This document shows positions 28,857 to 39,157 of a DNA stretch of 64,000 nucleotides, piece by piece (within the stretch, counting starts at the first letter, position 1; each line of letters begins with the position of its first letter). The notes beneath the pieces are model-generated. The model saw only the letters and a program-made list of their open reading frames with translations, ran no database searches and was not told the DNA's origin. Origin of the DNA: a virus; IMG/VR virus record IMGVR_UViG_3300042475_004151. One strand, given 5' to 3'. Both the position numbers and the translations under genes were made by a program.

Positions 28857-29041
28857 TTTTTAATTTTAATCTTATAATAAATTTGAATGCATAGCCAAGT
28901 TATAGAAGCTATATAAAACAATCCTGTTATTAAGGGATTAAATACTTGGAAGAAACTATTTAGAGCTGCAAGGCATGTTGTTGTAATACCTAAGGCATTA
29001 GCTTCTGAAGAATTCATCATGGTTGTTATAAATTTAGGCAT
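28853..29041 (-). CDS. Putative holin
   Basis: 62 aa, hydrophobic segments, basic C-terminus KIKIKK, overlaps the endolysin start. Confidence 0.55.
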   Translation of the reverse strand: MPKFITTMMNSSEANALGITTTCLAALNSFFQVFNPLITGLFYIASITWLCIQIYYKIKIKK

Positions 29042-29045
29042 ACTT

Positions 29046-30920
29046 TTAATAAGTTACTATGCGGCCATAAATATCAGACTCTGGGTATCTTACCTCAAAG
29101 ATACATGGATCTATTGAAGGATATACAACTCCTTGTTTTGTTGCTGCCTGTATATCATATCCATATGAAGAATAATTACCCCCTGCTAAATTTTCAATAA
29201 TTACTTTAATAACTGATTGAACACCTTTAATAGCTCCAATTAAGTTATATACATCTGAATATATTATTGGTTGATTTATTTGCCATTTTTGAACATCAAA
29301 ATATTCTTTTAAAGCATTTATACAATTAGTTAATACATCTTGTGAATTATATGCTGGTAGTAATGATATATCAAAATTTACTTTTATATTAACATAATAA
29401 GCATCTTTAATTAATATAGCATCACTCATCATTTTATTGTATGATAAGTATGTTTTTAAGTTTTGTTTAACAACATTAGACGCTCTAGTTAATTTACCTT
29501 CTAAATTATTAGATAGAATATACACTGAAAGTGATAATGGGTTATTGTTGATATAATTTTGTTTATCAGTATCATTTGCTACTAAGTAATCTTGTGTTAC
29601 ATAAGCTTTATTTATATAACCAAACTTAGCGGGCATAGAAAGTGTTCTAATTAAATAATCAGCTTTAGTAACATTTCTATTTTGAGTTGGGAAGTTAGCT
29701 AATGCTTGTAAACGAATTTCTTCAGTTGTTTCACCTGGTCCACCGCCTGATGAAGGAAGAGGATTGTTAAATCTAATTGAACCTTGTACTGTCGCTAGTA
29801 ATGATGGATTTAAATTATAACTGTCAATTGTTGTACTAACAGAATTATTCAAAGCTATATCATCTGAAGGTAGATTAGCAGATGAACCACCACCTACTAA
29901 ATAAGTTACGGTCAAGGTAGTATTTGAAGGTGCTATACCATATTCATTTGTATATTGAAAATTAGATGGATCATAAGCCATAAACATCTTACTAATACCA
30001 TCAACTAAACCTATACCTACATTATCTGGATTTGGAATTATAACTTCATCAGCTGATGAAACTACACCACTACCAAATTCTAACATTAGATTATTATCAT
30101 CATCAAAACGAGTAACAAAGCGTCTTTGTACTTTCTTAACACGAAGTAAAAAACGAGAGTTATCATCTTCAGTATAGTAATTAGGCTCGTTTATAGGTAA
30201 GTTAAGTGACTCATCAAATACTGTATCTTGAGCTAGATAAGGAACTTCATACCATTGATTATTATCACTATCTGTTATACTTATTACTTCAATAATATTA
30301 GCATCATTGATAGTAACAGTTGGAAATTGAATTGGATTACCAAAAGTAAATGTAGTTGATTTAATTTGTCCTGATATTGCTTCTACTGATTTTTTAAGTA
30401 GATAATACTGTGGGTTAGTTGTATTAGTATAGTATTGAAATATATTAATATCTGTTGGATCAAATGATGATGAAAATTTAAAATCAACAACATCTTGAGT
30501 TAAAAAAGTTATACTTGGATTTGATATAGATTTAATTGTAGAGTTTTCACCTACTCTCATAGTATATCTAAAATCAGGATTATAATTAGGAGAACCATCT
30601 GATGGTATCAGTTGATAAACATCTAATTGAACAGAAGCAGCTGAAGTTATTTTAGGTCTATAACCTAAAGCATAAGCTAAAGCTATAATATTTTTTCTCT
30701 CTTGAGCGTATAGTAATAATGTTTCTTGTAACTGATTATCTGTATAGAAGGATAATACATCACCAACATAAGCAGCCATCTCAATGAACATATTTCCAGG
30801 AGCAGATGGACTAAAATCCATATAGCTATTTTGGAAGTAAGTTCTAGCATAGTTGATTAGATCTTGCTTTAATGTTGTAAAGTCTTTATTGTAATATTTT
30901 ATATCAGGTACGTTTGCCAT
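29046..30920 (-). CDS. Baseplate wedge protein (T4 gp6-like)
   Basis: DFTTLKQDLINY..DFS..GNMFIEMAAYVGDVLSFY..LAYALGY; QNRNVTKADY. Confidence 0.85.
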   Translation of the reverse strand: MANVPDIKYYNKDFTTLKQDLINYARTYFQNSYMDFSPSAPGNMFIEMAAYVGDVLSFYTDNQLQETLLLYAQERKNIIALAYALGYRPKITSAASVQLDVYQLIPSDGSPNYNPDFRYTMRVGENSTIKSISNPSITFLTQDVVDFKFSSSFDPTDINIFQYYTNTTNPQYYLLKKSVEAISGQIKSTTFTFGNPIQFPTVTINDANIIEVISITDSDNNQWYEVPYLAQDTVFDESLNLPINEPNYYTEDDNSRFLLRVKKVQRRFVTRFDDDNNLMLEFGSGVVSSADEVIIPNPDNVGIGLVDGISKMFMAYDPSNFQYTNEYGIAPSNTTLTVTYLVGGGSSANLPSDDIALNNSVSTTIDSYNLNPSLLATVQGSIRFNNPLPSSGGGPGETTEEIRLQALANFPTQNRNVTKADYLIRTLSMPAKFGYINKAYVTQDYLVANDTDKQNYINNNPLSLSVYILSNNLEGKLTRASNVVKQNLKTYLSYNKMMSDAILIKDAYYVNIKVNFDISLLPAYNSQDVLTNCINALKEYFDVQKWQINQPIIYSDVYNLIGAIKGVQSVIKVIIENLAGGNYSSYGYDIQAATKQGVVYPSIDPCIFEVRYPESDIYGRIVTY

Positions 30921-30922
30921 TA

Positions 30923-31342
30923 TTATTTAGTTAAGTCTTGTGTTGAAACATTTATCACCAACTCATCATCTTGGTTATTTATAGAATAATTTAATACTAT
31001 GTTAATTACATTCTCGTCTGAGAATGGTTTTACAATTATGTCTCTAATAATGATGTTAGGAACATAAGCGTATATTTCTGTTTCTAATCTAGCAGCTACA
31101 CTATCAAAAGATGTATCTGGTTCGAATAAGGTAGCTCTTAAATCACCCCCAAATTCAGGATCAAATAAACGTTCTCCTTTATTTGTTAGTATATAGTTTA
31201 TTAAATTAGATTTAACTTGTTCTTTAGTAGTGAATGTTTGGTTAAACACACTAGTATCATTGTTAAATAAAACATTAATGCCTATACCTCTAGCTTGTCC
31301 TATATCTAAAGGATTGAGTCTATATGTTGGTCTTTTTAACAT
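30923..31342 (-). CDS. Baseplate wedge subunit (gp25-like)
   Basis: NLINYILTNKGERLFDPEFGGDL..LFE. Confidence 0.85.
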   Translation of the reverse strand: MLKRPTYRLNPLDIGQARGIGINVLFNNDTSVFNQTFTTKEQVKSNLINYILTNKGERLFDPEFGGDLRATLFEPDTSFDSVAARLETEIYAYVPNIIIRDIIVKPFSDENVINIVLNYSINNQDDELVINVSTQDLTK

Positions 31343-31806
31343 TATATTTGTCCTTGTTGTTTCATTTTACTCATTAAACCACTAAAATCAGGTACTACAT
31401 CAATTTTAACAGCATTAATATCTCCTGCTGGTCTAGTACTAGCTAACATTTGATCTACACTTCCTACTACTGTAGGTTCACTCATTGCTGCTCCTCCATT
31501 AAAACCTTGAGCCATATGTGATTGACCATCAATAGCTGTTCTCCATTCACCACCTTGTGCAGTTTCATTTAAAATATCATTTAACACATTATTGTTAGTA
31601 AATGAAGTTGGTTTAAGAGGTTGTGTTGGTCTTGTTGATCTAATTGAATCAACCATTGAATTTTTTACAGAAGATTGTTTAGTCTCTACTACAGTTTGTT
31701 TAGGTACTGGTGTTTCAAGTAATAATCCTAATTCTTCTCTTACTACTTGTTGTACTTCTTCCCGTACAACCTTACGTAATAATTTAATAAATGTGTCTGC
31801 TTTCAT
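31342..31806 (-). CDS. Hypothetical late protein (leader MKADTFIKLLRKVVREE)
   Basis: ORF; ATATTTAT just upstream of the ATG. Confidence 0.7.
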   Translation of the reverse strand: MKADTFIKLLRKVVREEVQQVVREELGLLLETPVPKQTVVETKQSSVKNSMVDSIRSTRPTQPLKPTSFTNNNVLNDILNETAQGGEWRTAIDGQSHMAQGFNGGAAMSEPTVVGSVDQMLASTRPAGDINAVKIDVVPDFSGLMSKMKQQGQI

Positions 31807-31822
31807 AGTTATAAATATTTTA

Positions 31823-33007
31823 TTATCCTAATATTTGTTTAAGTTCATCAATTAATTCATCAGCCCTGCGAAGTTTACTAGGAGCTGTTTGAGTTATTTT
31901 CATCATACTGAATTTATCATACGCTACAGCCTGTAATGCGCCTGATGGTGTTGTTGTTACTTTAATAATATATTGTTTTTCTCCGTTACTGTATTCAGCT
32001 TCTGTAGAAGAAACAGCAATTGGATTTTCATCTATTATTTGTGATAATTCAGTAAATGTTGGATTGGTTGATATTATTGTTAAACTTAATGTTTCTAATT
32101 TTATTTTAACAGAGTTAATTAATTTTTGGAATATTTTTAATATAGAATTAATAATACCTATCAATAATATATAATCATCTATTTTTTTCTCTAAATTTTT
32201 AGTCATATCTTGACTTACTCTATCAGATATTGTATAAGTAGAAGCAGCTGCTTTAACTGGGGATGGAGTTAATAAATCAGTTGATGCGGCTACTGCTTGT
32301 ATTTGTAATTGTTTCTTTTTTAATGTTAGTAAAACTTTAAAAGCTACTAATGCTGTTTGAAGTACTTTAAGTAATGTGGTTAAAGCGTCAACTGTAGTTT
32401 TTAAAGCCTTAACTGTATTTTTTAAATTATTTACTTTACGGTCAAAATCTTGTTTAAATCTTTGATAGTCACCAGGATTTTTAGGTGTGAATGTAATTTT
32501 TCCTCCTACAACTTCCACACGACCTTTATCTCTTAATTTTCTTTTTGTACTATTTATTATCTTATTAATAATAGCATTAGCTGATTTTTCAGCACTAATA
32601 AATTTGGTTAATAAAGGTAATATAATACCTATTATAGCTTTTTTAGCATCAGTAGGACTTGTTTTACTTTGCTCTTCTAAAAAGTTTTGTTTATCATCAA
32701 GTGCTTTTTCAGCAGTGTCCTTTTTAGCCTGCTGTTGATCTTTTATATTATCTATTTGTTTTTGATTACTCTCAACAGTAGGAACAGAAGCTGCTTGATT
32801 TGGAGCATTTACTCTAACCATATTACTAATAGATGGACCGTATGTGTCTCTTAAGAAGAGAATTGCCTCACTAACTAATGAATTAGGTCCATCAATAGGA
32901 GATGTAGGAGAAGGTCTACCAGTATATATTATTTTACTATTGTCAAAAACAATAAGTGTTTTATTAAATCCTGATGTTTGAACGCTATATGTAAATCTAT
33001 TAACCAT
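31823..33007 (-). CDS. Hypothetical helical/coiled-coil protein in the baseplate block
   Basis: ORF; long amphipathic helices. Confidence 0.65.
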   Translation of the reverse strand: MVNRFTYSVQTSGFNKTLIVFDNSKIIYTGRPSPTSPIDGPNSLVSEAILFLRDTYGPSISNMVRVNAPNQAASVPTVESNQKQIDNIKDQQQAKKDTAEKALDDKQNFLEEQSKTSPTDAKKAIIGIILPLLTKFISAEKSANAIINKIINSTKRKLRDKGRVEVVGGKITFTPKNPGDYQRFKQDFDRKVNNLKNTVKALKTTVDALTTLLKVLQTALVAFKVLLTLKKKQLQIQAVAASTDLLTPSPVKAAASTYTISDRVSQDMTKNLEKKIDDYILLIGIINSILKIFQKLINSVKIKLETLSLTIISTNPTFTELSQIIDENPIAVSSTEAEYSNGEKQYIIKVTTTPSGALQAVAYDKFSMMKITQTAPSKLRRADELIDELKQILG

Positions 33008-33438
33008 TATATTGTGAAGGATTTATCAGATTTAAAATTATCAAGGTTAAGTTTTATCTGTTGTAATCTACCTTTTAACATCTGTTCAGCTACAATTAAT
33101 GTAGGAGGGACTGCTGCTAAAGTTGTTACTAACTCACTATATGAAGCTATAGCACTCATTAAATCAGTTAATATTTGATCTAATTGCTCACCTTTTACTA
33201 CAGGTTCAGATGGACCGTTTTTTTCTAATCCAAATTGCATTCTAGGAGCATTAACTAAAAACATATTCTGCTCATTATCACTGTCTACACTTCCTACATC
33301 AATAGTTACTTTATCACCTGATGATATATTGATATAACGTTTGGCGTTAATATAAACATCATTAGAACGAGCATTAAATACTAAACGTCCTGATGATAAT
33401 ATTACTTGTTCACCATTATATTGTTGTATGTCTTTCAT
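33007..33438 (-). CDS. Baseplate spike/gp5 C-terminal-like protein
   Basis: QVILSSGRLVFNAR..EPVVKGEQL beta-repeat pattern; next to gp25-like gene block. Confidence 0.55.
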   Translation of the reverse strand: MKDIQQYNGEQVILSSGRLVFNARSNDVYINAKRYINISSGDKVTIDVGSVDSDNEQNMFLVNAPRMQFGLEKNGPSEPVVKGEQLDQILTDLMSAIASYSELVTTLAAVPPTLIVAEQMLKGRLQQIKLNLDNFKSDKSFTI

Positions 33439-34601
33439 TATTTTAAATAAAATGTTCTAATTAAACCTACACCAATTGATTCTTTTGTTTCCGCGGGCCA
33501 AATTTTACCTCCACTTGGGTCAAAAACAACATAAGTACCATCTTTATTTTTACCATTAATTACCATCCAATGGTGGTTTTTAGTAAAACGATTTTTATAA
33601 TTAGGATTTGATACTTTTTTATTATCCCATTCAAATGCTAAAGGTCTTGTTTTTAAAAGAGTATCTATAACAGTTAATGATGTTGTATCTTGAATAACAC
33701 CACTCACACCTATTGATTTTGCCATTGAACTCCAATATACAACAACTGATTTTGATGAATTACTCCAAAACCATTCAGGTGTGTATCCAGCATTATTTTT
33801 TATCTGAGTAGCTAACATAGAAAAACTATTATAAGCACACCCATATCCTTTCATAGTATATTTATCTGACTTTAATGAGCCCCATTGTTTATCACCTTGA
33901 TTAAATAAAGCACATGGGTAATAATATAAAGAATCAAATTTACCTTCGTTTTGTATTAATTTAAATGATGAACTATATTTTTCAAAATCAGCTCCTGATT
34001 GAGGAATTTTTCCTTTATTCCTATTTTTAACACCTACTATATTTAAAAGAGATACTTCAGATACTAATGATGGAGAATTTGATTCACGAACATTAAATTG
34101 TTCATTTTCTTTAACTTGAATAACCTCATATATTTGAACACCTTCTTCTGGTGGTAATCCATCAAATTCAGCTGTGTAAAGATCAGTATTTGCTTCTTCC
34201 TCAACTGAACCAGTTAGAGGAGTTGTTACTATTGGTGTTGGTTCTTCAGTAGGTAAAGTAGCAGGTATATTACCAACTTCTAAAATTGGTTTTTCAGGTG
34301 CAATAATATCATTTGGATTAGTAATATCATTTAAGTTTAATGTATCAATGTTATTATTACCTAAAGTAGTATTATAAGAACCATCTTTTGAAATAATAAT
34401 AGCTGATGCTACATTATTTGGATCAATAGGAATAGTTCCATTATATTGTTCTTGTTGTAGTTTATCTAAATCTTGAGTTGTATTTTCAGTGAATAAATAA
34501 GTATTCTTACCATCCATAAAAACTCCATTACCTCCAGGGGCTAGAAGAGAAACATCTCCTTCTTTAATATTTCTATAATATCGTTTTTTATTGTCTGCCA
34601 T
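33438..34601 (-). CDS. Baseplate-associated protein with C39-like cysteine peptidase domain
   Basis: FNQGDKQWGS..GYGC..HHWMVING..VFDP (Q, C, H, D order). Confidence 0.7.
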   Translation of the reverse strand: MADNKKRYYRNIKEGDVSLLAPGGNGVFMDGKNTYLFTENTTQDLDKLQQEQYNGTIPIDPNNVASAIIISKDGSYNTTLGNNNIDTLNLNDITNPNDIIAPEKPILEVGNIPATLPTEEPTPIVTTPLTGSVEEEANTDLYTAEFDGLPPEEGVQIYEVIQVKENEQFNVRESNSPSLVSEVSLLNIVGVKNRNKGKIPQSGADFEKYSSSFKLIQNEGKFDSLYYYPCALFNQGDKQWGSLKSDKYTMKGYGCAYNSFSMLATQIKNNAGYTPEWFWSNSSKSVVVYWSSMAKSIGVSGVIQDTTSLTVIDTLLKTRPLAFEWDNKKVSNPNYKNRFTKNHHWMVINGKNKDGTYVVFDPSGGKIWPAETKESIGVGLIRTFYLK

Positions 34602-34602
34602 A

Positions 34603-35604
34603 TTACCAAACTAAAAAGCTATTAGGATCACTAAATTGTCTATAATAATCTTCAGCATATCTACTTCGTTTAGAAGGTGCTACAGATATCTGTTTTCCTC
34701 TAATGGTTATTATTCCACCATTATTATATACTTGTTTTGTTTTATTACAATATGAACATACTTCAACATAATGAGCAAATAAGAAAGCAGCATTATCTGC
34801 GTCTAATTTACTACTATTTAGTTGGAGATTTGTTACAACAGCATTTGGGATTGGATTAACAGCTGATTTAAGAAATTTATCCATCCCGAAAGTACTACTG
34901 AATAAAAAATTCATTTGACTTTCAACTGTAAGACCTATTCTTTTATCTATATCAAAACCGTACGCTTTATTATTCCATGATATTAAACCAAATGAATTAC
35001 CCTTAGTATCAACACCACCTGATTTTAGGTTAAATGATGATTCCTTCATAATATTACCCATTATACCAGCGGTTAATTCTCTACTTAGATTTTTATTTTT
35101 TAAGTAGTTTTTAACACCAGCCATTGTTTGTTGTTGTTGTTGGGTTGTAAATGTAGTTCCTGATGTTGCTCCTAAAGAATTATTTTTATAATCATTAGTT
35201 GTTGGATTGATATTATTATTACCATCACCATTACCAACTATAGTATTATCATTAACAGTTTGGTTAATAGATATAGGATTTAAGTAATAAACTGTCTTAT
35301 CATATTGTTGACTTAATAAGGCAGATTCAGGTATAGGTCCTTTAAGTAAAGGTACAACATCACCTTTAACAGGTAATTGGGTATTATTTTTATAAAATGG
35401 ATAAGCTATACCTATTTTAGCGTTAGCGAAATTATCTTCAATAGGTTTATATTGTATAGATTGATCATTATTTATAACTACAACTTTACCATATGTGTAT
35501 GGATTTTGATTTTTGTTATAATAATTTTCACTAGAATTTCCTCTATTACTAGATCTCAAATCAATACCAGCTCCTCCAGTTTTTATAGTATTACCTGTAC
35601 CCAT
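34603..35604 (-). CDS. Baseplate hub-like protein with phage-tail-lysozyme domain
   Basis: AGIMGNIMKESSFN..SFGLISW..QMNF..AAFLF...E..R.RYA; N-terminal AYPF..LPVKGDVV. Confidence 0.7.
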   Translation of the reverse strand: MGTGNTIKTGGAGIDLRSSNRGNSSENYYNKNQNPYTYGKVVVINNDQSIQYKPIEDNFANAKIGIAYPFYKNNTQLPVKGDVVPLLKGPIPESALLSQQYDKTVYYLNPISINQTVNDNTIVGNGDGNNNINPTTNDYKNNSLGATSGTTFTTQQQQQTMAGVKNYLKNKNLSRELTAGIMGNIMKESSFNLKSGGVDTKGNSFGLISWNNKAYGFDIDKRIGLTVESQMNFLFSSTFGMDKFLKSAVNPIPNAVVTNLQLNSSKLDADNAAFLFAHYVEVCSYCNKTKQVYNNGGIITIRGKQISVAPSKRSRYAEDYYRQFSDPNSFLVW

Positions 35605-35951
35605 TATTTATTTTCAATTTGTTTTATACTAACTGAATTAATTTCTTGGAATAGTAATTCTTTATCACGATCACTTAACATTCCATCATCACTACCAATA
35701 GTATTAGAAGTCATAGCTCGTTGAACAATACCCGCCATTTTAATTAAGGCGTCATCATTTTTAACAGCTATTTCCATATATTCCTTTAACAAAGGAACAA
35801 GCATCATCGCGTCACCTGGTTCCTGTATCATAGGTTTCAGTTGGTCGATTAATGCTTTAATTTCTTTCTCTTTACGAGTTGCATTCTTGTATATATCCTC
35901 AAGTAGGCTTGAGAAAGTCTTGTCTTTAAATAAAACTTGATTAAAATCCAT
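35604..35951 (-). CDS. Hypothetical late protein
   Basis: ORF; ATATTTAT at 35965-35972. Confidence 0.7.
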   Translation of the reverse strand: MDFNQVLFKDKTFSSLLEDIYKNATRKEKEIKALIDQLKPMIQEPGDAMMLVPLLKEYMEIAVKNDDALIKMAGIVQRAMTSNTIGSDDGMLSDRDKELLFQEINSVSIKQIENK

Positions 35952-35987
35952 ATTGGCGTTTAATATAAATATGGAAGGTAGAAGGAG

Positions 35988-36746
35988 TTAGATTGACATA
36001 GTTATATGTCCATGTTCATAATATTGGTTATATTTCTTAACATATATTATCTTCAAACGCTTAATTATTTTAGTTATTTGAGGTGTAGATGCTTCAGTCA
36101 TCTCTTTAACATAAATGTATAAGGCTTTTTTATTGAATATATCTAAATTTTCACTTTTACGAAATAACTCTAATATAGCATCTGCTATACGAGCATCATT
36201 GGCTTTAGGAAATAAACTAAATAAATTTTTATCAACATATTTAGTAAATTGTTTCATGTATGAAGGAGCATTTTCAGCATATAATTCTTTACCATTATTA
36301 GTTATATCAATGAATATTGATTTATCTTCATCAATTGCTTCAACAGGTGCTCTATCTTTTAATTTCTTGTAGTTTGCGTTATTATATAAAATAAGGTAAC
36401 GTTTAACAATAGTACCAAAATAAGAAAAAGCCTTTCCTTTATTTTGGTTGTAAAGATGTAATTTTTCAAGTAAGAAAGCGACGACTTCATGTTGTAATTC
36501 TGGTATTGTGTCTACTTCTGTATAGTAGAATTTAAATGTATGGATGATATTTTCTGCTAATTTATGAAACGAATAATTAATATGTTCATTAAATATTTGA
36601 TTTCGTTTAGCAGTATCTTTAGTTAATAGATACTCAATAATAGCATCTTCAGTTTCTTGAGTAAAATATATATTAGCCTTTTTTGGCTTACGCTTACGCA
36701 CAGTTCCCTTCTTAGTTAACTCAATAACTTCTTCTTCCTTCATCAT
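35988..36746 (-). CDS. Phage late-transcription sigma factor (T4 gp55-like)
   Basis: IYFT..KLAENII..YNQNKGKAFSYFGTIVKRYLI resembles sigma region 2 of gp55-type factors. Confidence 0.7.
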   Translation of the reverse strand: MMKEEEVIELTKKGTVRKRKPKKANIYFTQETEDAIIEYLLTKDTAKRNQIFNEHINYSFHKLAENIIHTFKFYYTEVDTIPELQHEVVAFLLEKLHLYNQNKGKAFSYFGTIVKRYLILYNNANYKKLKDRAPVEAIDEDKSIFIDITNNGKELYAENAPSYMKQFTKYVDKNLFSLFPKANDARIADAILELFRKSENLDIFNKKALYIYVKEMTEASTPQITKIIKRLKIIYVKKYNQYYEHGHITMSI

Positions 36747-37021
36747 ATTTGGTTCTTAAGATAGTAGTTTAACGAATCTTGTATAGCCTTTAAACTATTA
36801 AAAAAGAATCCAATTTGGTCATCAGATTTAAAAGCTTCAGTTAATTCAACTGATTTAAGTTGTTTATCAGATTCACTAACAATAGCTGCGACACTATCAA
36901 TAATTACTCTTTGTTGTGTAGCTATTTGTTCTAATTTAGTTACTTTTTTATTTAAATTCCAAATGATATACCCAACTATAGTGGCTATCCATAAGCAAAT
37001 TGATATAATTCCTATTATCAT
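36743..37021 (-). CDS. Membrane-anchored coiled-coil protein
   Basis: N-terminal transmembrane helix. Confidence 0.65.
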   Translation of the reverse strand: MIIGIISICLWIATIVGYIIWNLNKKVTKLEQIATQQRVIIDSVAAIVSESDKQLKSVELTEAFKSDDQIGFFFNSLKAIQDSLNYYLKNQI

Positions 37022-37791
37022 ATATTTTTCATTAGTTCAGCTAAAGCAGGATTGACCATTTTCTTTAATGCCTTCTGCTTAATTGCTGAGTTGTTTTTAT
37101 TTAAATTAAATGTACTTGATTTTTTTTCTGTTACTTGTTTTTCACCAGTTAACTTAGGTAACCATTCTCTTTCAAACTCAACCCTAGCAGCTAACATATC
37201 AGCCTGATGTAGTACTAACATAATTGCTGTTCTAGGTTTAGTTTCTGGCGCGAATGAATGTAGATATGATTTATTAGCTTCATCATATAGACCATCATGT
37301 GTCCTAATAGCTAAGAATTCATTTTTAGTATATTGAATACCATTTTCCATCAGTAGAAATAAACCACGATCAGGTACAGTCATATACTCAAGACGATCAT
37401 TAAACATATAAGTTTCATTCAATTTATCTCGTCTCCATTGATCAGTTTGTTCAATGTATGAAGCGTTATTTTCATCTCCGAACTTACCTAAGTCATGATT
37501 AATAGCTGAGAATACTAATTCTTCAGTTGTATAAGTATCAAACATATCCATGTCACGCCATACCTTATCTATCTTAAGAGCAGCTTCAACTACACGGTTC
37601 ACGTGGTCGATATAACCTCCTGGGAAGCAATTATGATATTGTGACTTATGAGACGCAGGCATTAACATAAAACGCTCTTCATGTCTAGTGTAAAAATCAA
37701 CTAACAACTCAGCTCTATCTGGGGAGATATAAGTGTTGATGTTATTGATAAATAAATCCCAGTTATCTTTAATTTTCTCAGGTGTTATCAT
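37018..37791 (-). CDS. HD-domain phosphohydrolase (YhaM-like)
   Basis: PAS..YHNCFPGGYIDH, NHDLGK, HDG, LHQAD. Confidence 0.8.
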   Translation of the reverse strand: MITPEKIKDNWDLFINNINTYISPDRAELLVDFYTRHEERFMLMPASHKSQYHNCFPGGYIDHVNRVVEAALKIDKVWRDMDMFDTYTTEELVFSAINHDLGKFGDENNASYIEQTDQWRRDKLNETYMFNDRLEYMTVPDRGLFLLMENGIQYTKNEFLAIRTHDGLYDEANKSYLHSFAPETKPRTAIMLVLHQADMLAARVEFEREWLPKLTGEKQVTEKKSSTFNLNKNNSAIKQKALKKMVNPALAELMKNI

Positions 37792-37797
37792 AACTTA

Positions 37798-37977
37798 TTA
37801 GTCTTGTGGTTCGTTATTAATTAATTGTCGAATTTCTTCAACTTTTTCTTTCATAGCAACTACCATATCTTTAGCTACAGTAATGTTAAAAGATGGATCA
37901 GAAAATCTAGATGTAAATCCAACTAACATATTCTCTAATTGGTCTAATTTTTTATCGGCAACTTGTTTATATCTCAT
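37798..37977 (-). CDS. Small hypothetical protein (MRYKQVADKKLDQLE..., 59 aa)
   Basis: Read from sequence; fills the gap between two genes; not in the track. Confidence 0.65.
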   Translation of the reverse strand: MRYKQVADKKLDQLENMLVGFTSRFSDPSFNITVAKDMVVAMKEKVEEIRQLINNEPQD

Positions 37978-38300
37978 TTTATATATTGTTTTATGATACC
38001 AATTAAATGTGGTATCGTGTCAAATGTACGTAGTGTATCTGATGTCTCCAAATTTGTTTCTCCAACTATAGTTACTATACTTGGTCCTAAATCTACAAAT
38101 ACCATTGGATATGTATTTGCTTTAAATTTATGTTCTATAGCAGTAGAAAAATCATCATGTTTGATAGCATCAATATCAACATAGGCTATTCCTTCCTCAT
38201 CTAATTCACTCTTTAGCCACTTACAGTAATCACAATCACTTAATGTTAATATCCTTATCCCTACTTCCTCATTTCCCTTTCCTTCCCTTCCTATACTCAT
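37974..38300 (-). CDS. Glutaredoxin-like protein
   Basis: CDYC active site; TYPMVF cis-Pro motif. Confidence 0.7.
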   Translation of the reverse strand: MSIGREGKGNEEVGIRILTLSDCDYCKWLKSELDEEGIAYVDIDAIKHDDFSTAIEHKFKANTYPMVFVDLGPSIVTIVGETNLETSDTLRTFDTIPHLIGIIKQYIK

Positions 38301-38456
38301 ATTAATTATTTAATATTTTAGAAAAAATAGTGAAAAATCTCTGGGAGGCCAAGCTTTCCTTTGGCGGTCATCCAAATATAAACCGACGGTTTTATCCGGG
38401 CTTTAACGGCTAATTCACTGCTATATAAATATATATAAGTCATAAGAGATAGTCGT

Positions 38457-38951
38457 TTAAAGCGGTGATATGGTGTATTTAGCGCCAATTTTTTTAACGG
38501 TATCGATAGCGTCTTTGGAATGTAGATAAAACATTTCTCTATTGTTCGCGACTCGAATAGCATCTAAATGTTCATGGATTTCTTGTTCTAATTTATAAGA
38601 ATTAAAACATTTAAAAGAAAAAATAGGTACCCATGGTGTAGGCACTCCTGTTGCACCTGAAATTTCTTTTGCTCGCTCTTCTACTTCACGTACTGTCATT
38701 CCTATCTTAACCATATCTGGCATTGATTTATTTACAAGTACATAAACATACTCGGTAGGAACTAAATTACCATCTTTATCTAAGGGACTATCCTGATAAT
38801 AATTTACTAACTCCCAACCCGGACTATCCGGATCAGGAGTTAAAGTAAAGGCAACTGCTTTTCTACAAACTTCTTCTGATGATAACTTATCTCGATCTAA
38901 CCATTTATAAAAGTGAGCATCTTCGATTGTTATTCGTTTGAATGATTTCAT
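38457..38951 (-). CDS. T5orf172-type GIY-YIG domain protein
   Basis: YVYVLVNKSMPDMVKIGMT..RAKEI..TGVPTP..EQEIH..REMF. Confidence 0.8.
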   Translation of the reverse strand: MKSFKRITIEDAHFYKWLDRDKLSSEEVCRKAVAFTLTPDPDSPGWELVNYYQDSPLDKDGNLVPTEYVYVLVNKSMPDMVKIGMTVREVEERAKEISGATGVPTPWVPIFSFKCFNSYKLEQEIHEHLDAIRVANNREMFYLHSKDAIDTVKKIGAKYTISPL

Positions 38952-39157
38952 GGTTTAAGTTTTTCTCCTGCTGTTGGGTTACCATATATTTTTATATCAT
39001 TTTGATCAACTGTTCTAACTTCTCCTGTGTTATAAAACTTAATTATAAACTGTGGATTTGAATGTATTGAACCTGCAATCATAAATAACACTACTCCATA
39101 ACCTAAAGGTGTTTCAACATCAAATGGATTTTCAATTTCATGTATTGTCTGTATCAT
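38948..39157 (-). CDS. Small hypothetical protein
   Basis: ORF; VETPLGYG. Confidence 0.65.
   Translation of the reverse strand: MIQTIHEIENPFDVETPLGYGVVLFMIAGSIHSNPQFIIKFYNTGEVRTVDQNDIKIYGNPTAGEKLKP

Noticed and set aside
38318-38563. 81-aa minus-strand ORF in the track
   Set aside because: Overlaps the T5orf172 gene in another frame, has no leader, and runs through a probable cis-element.
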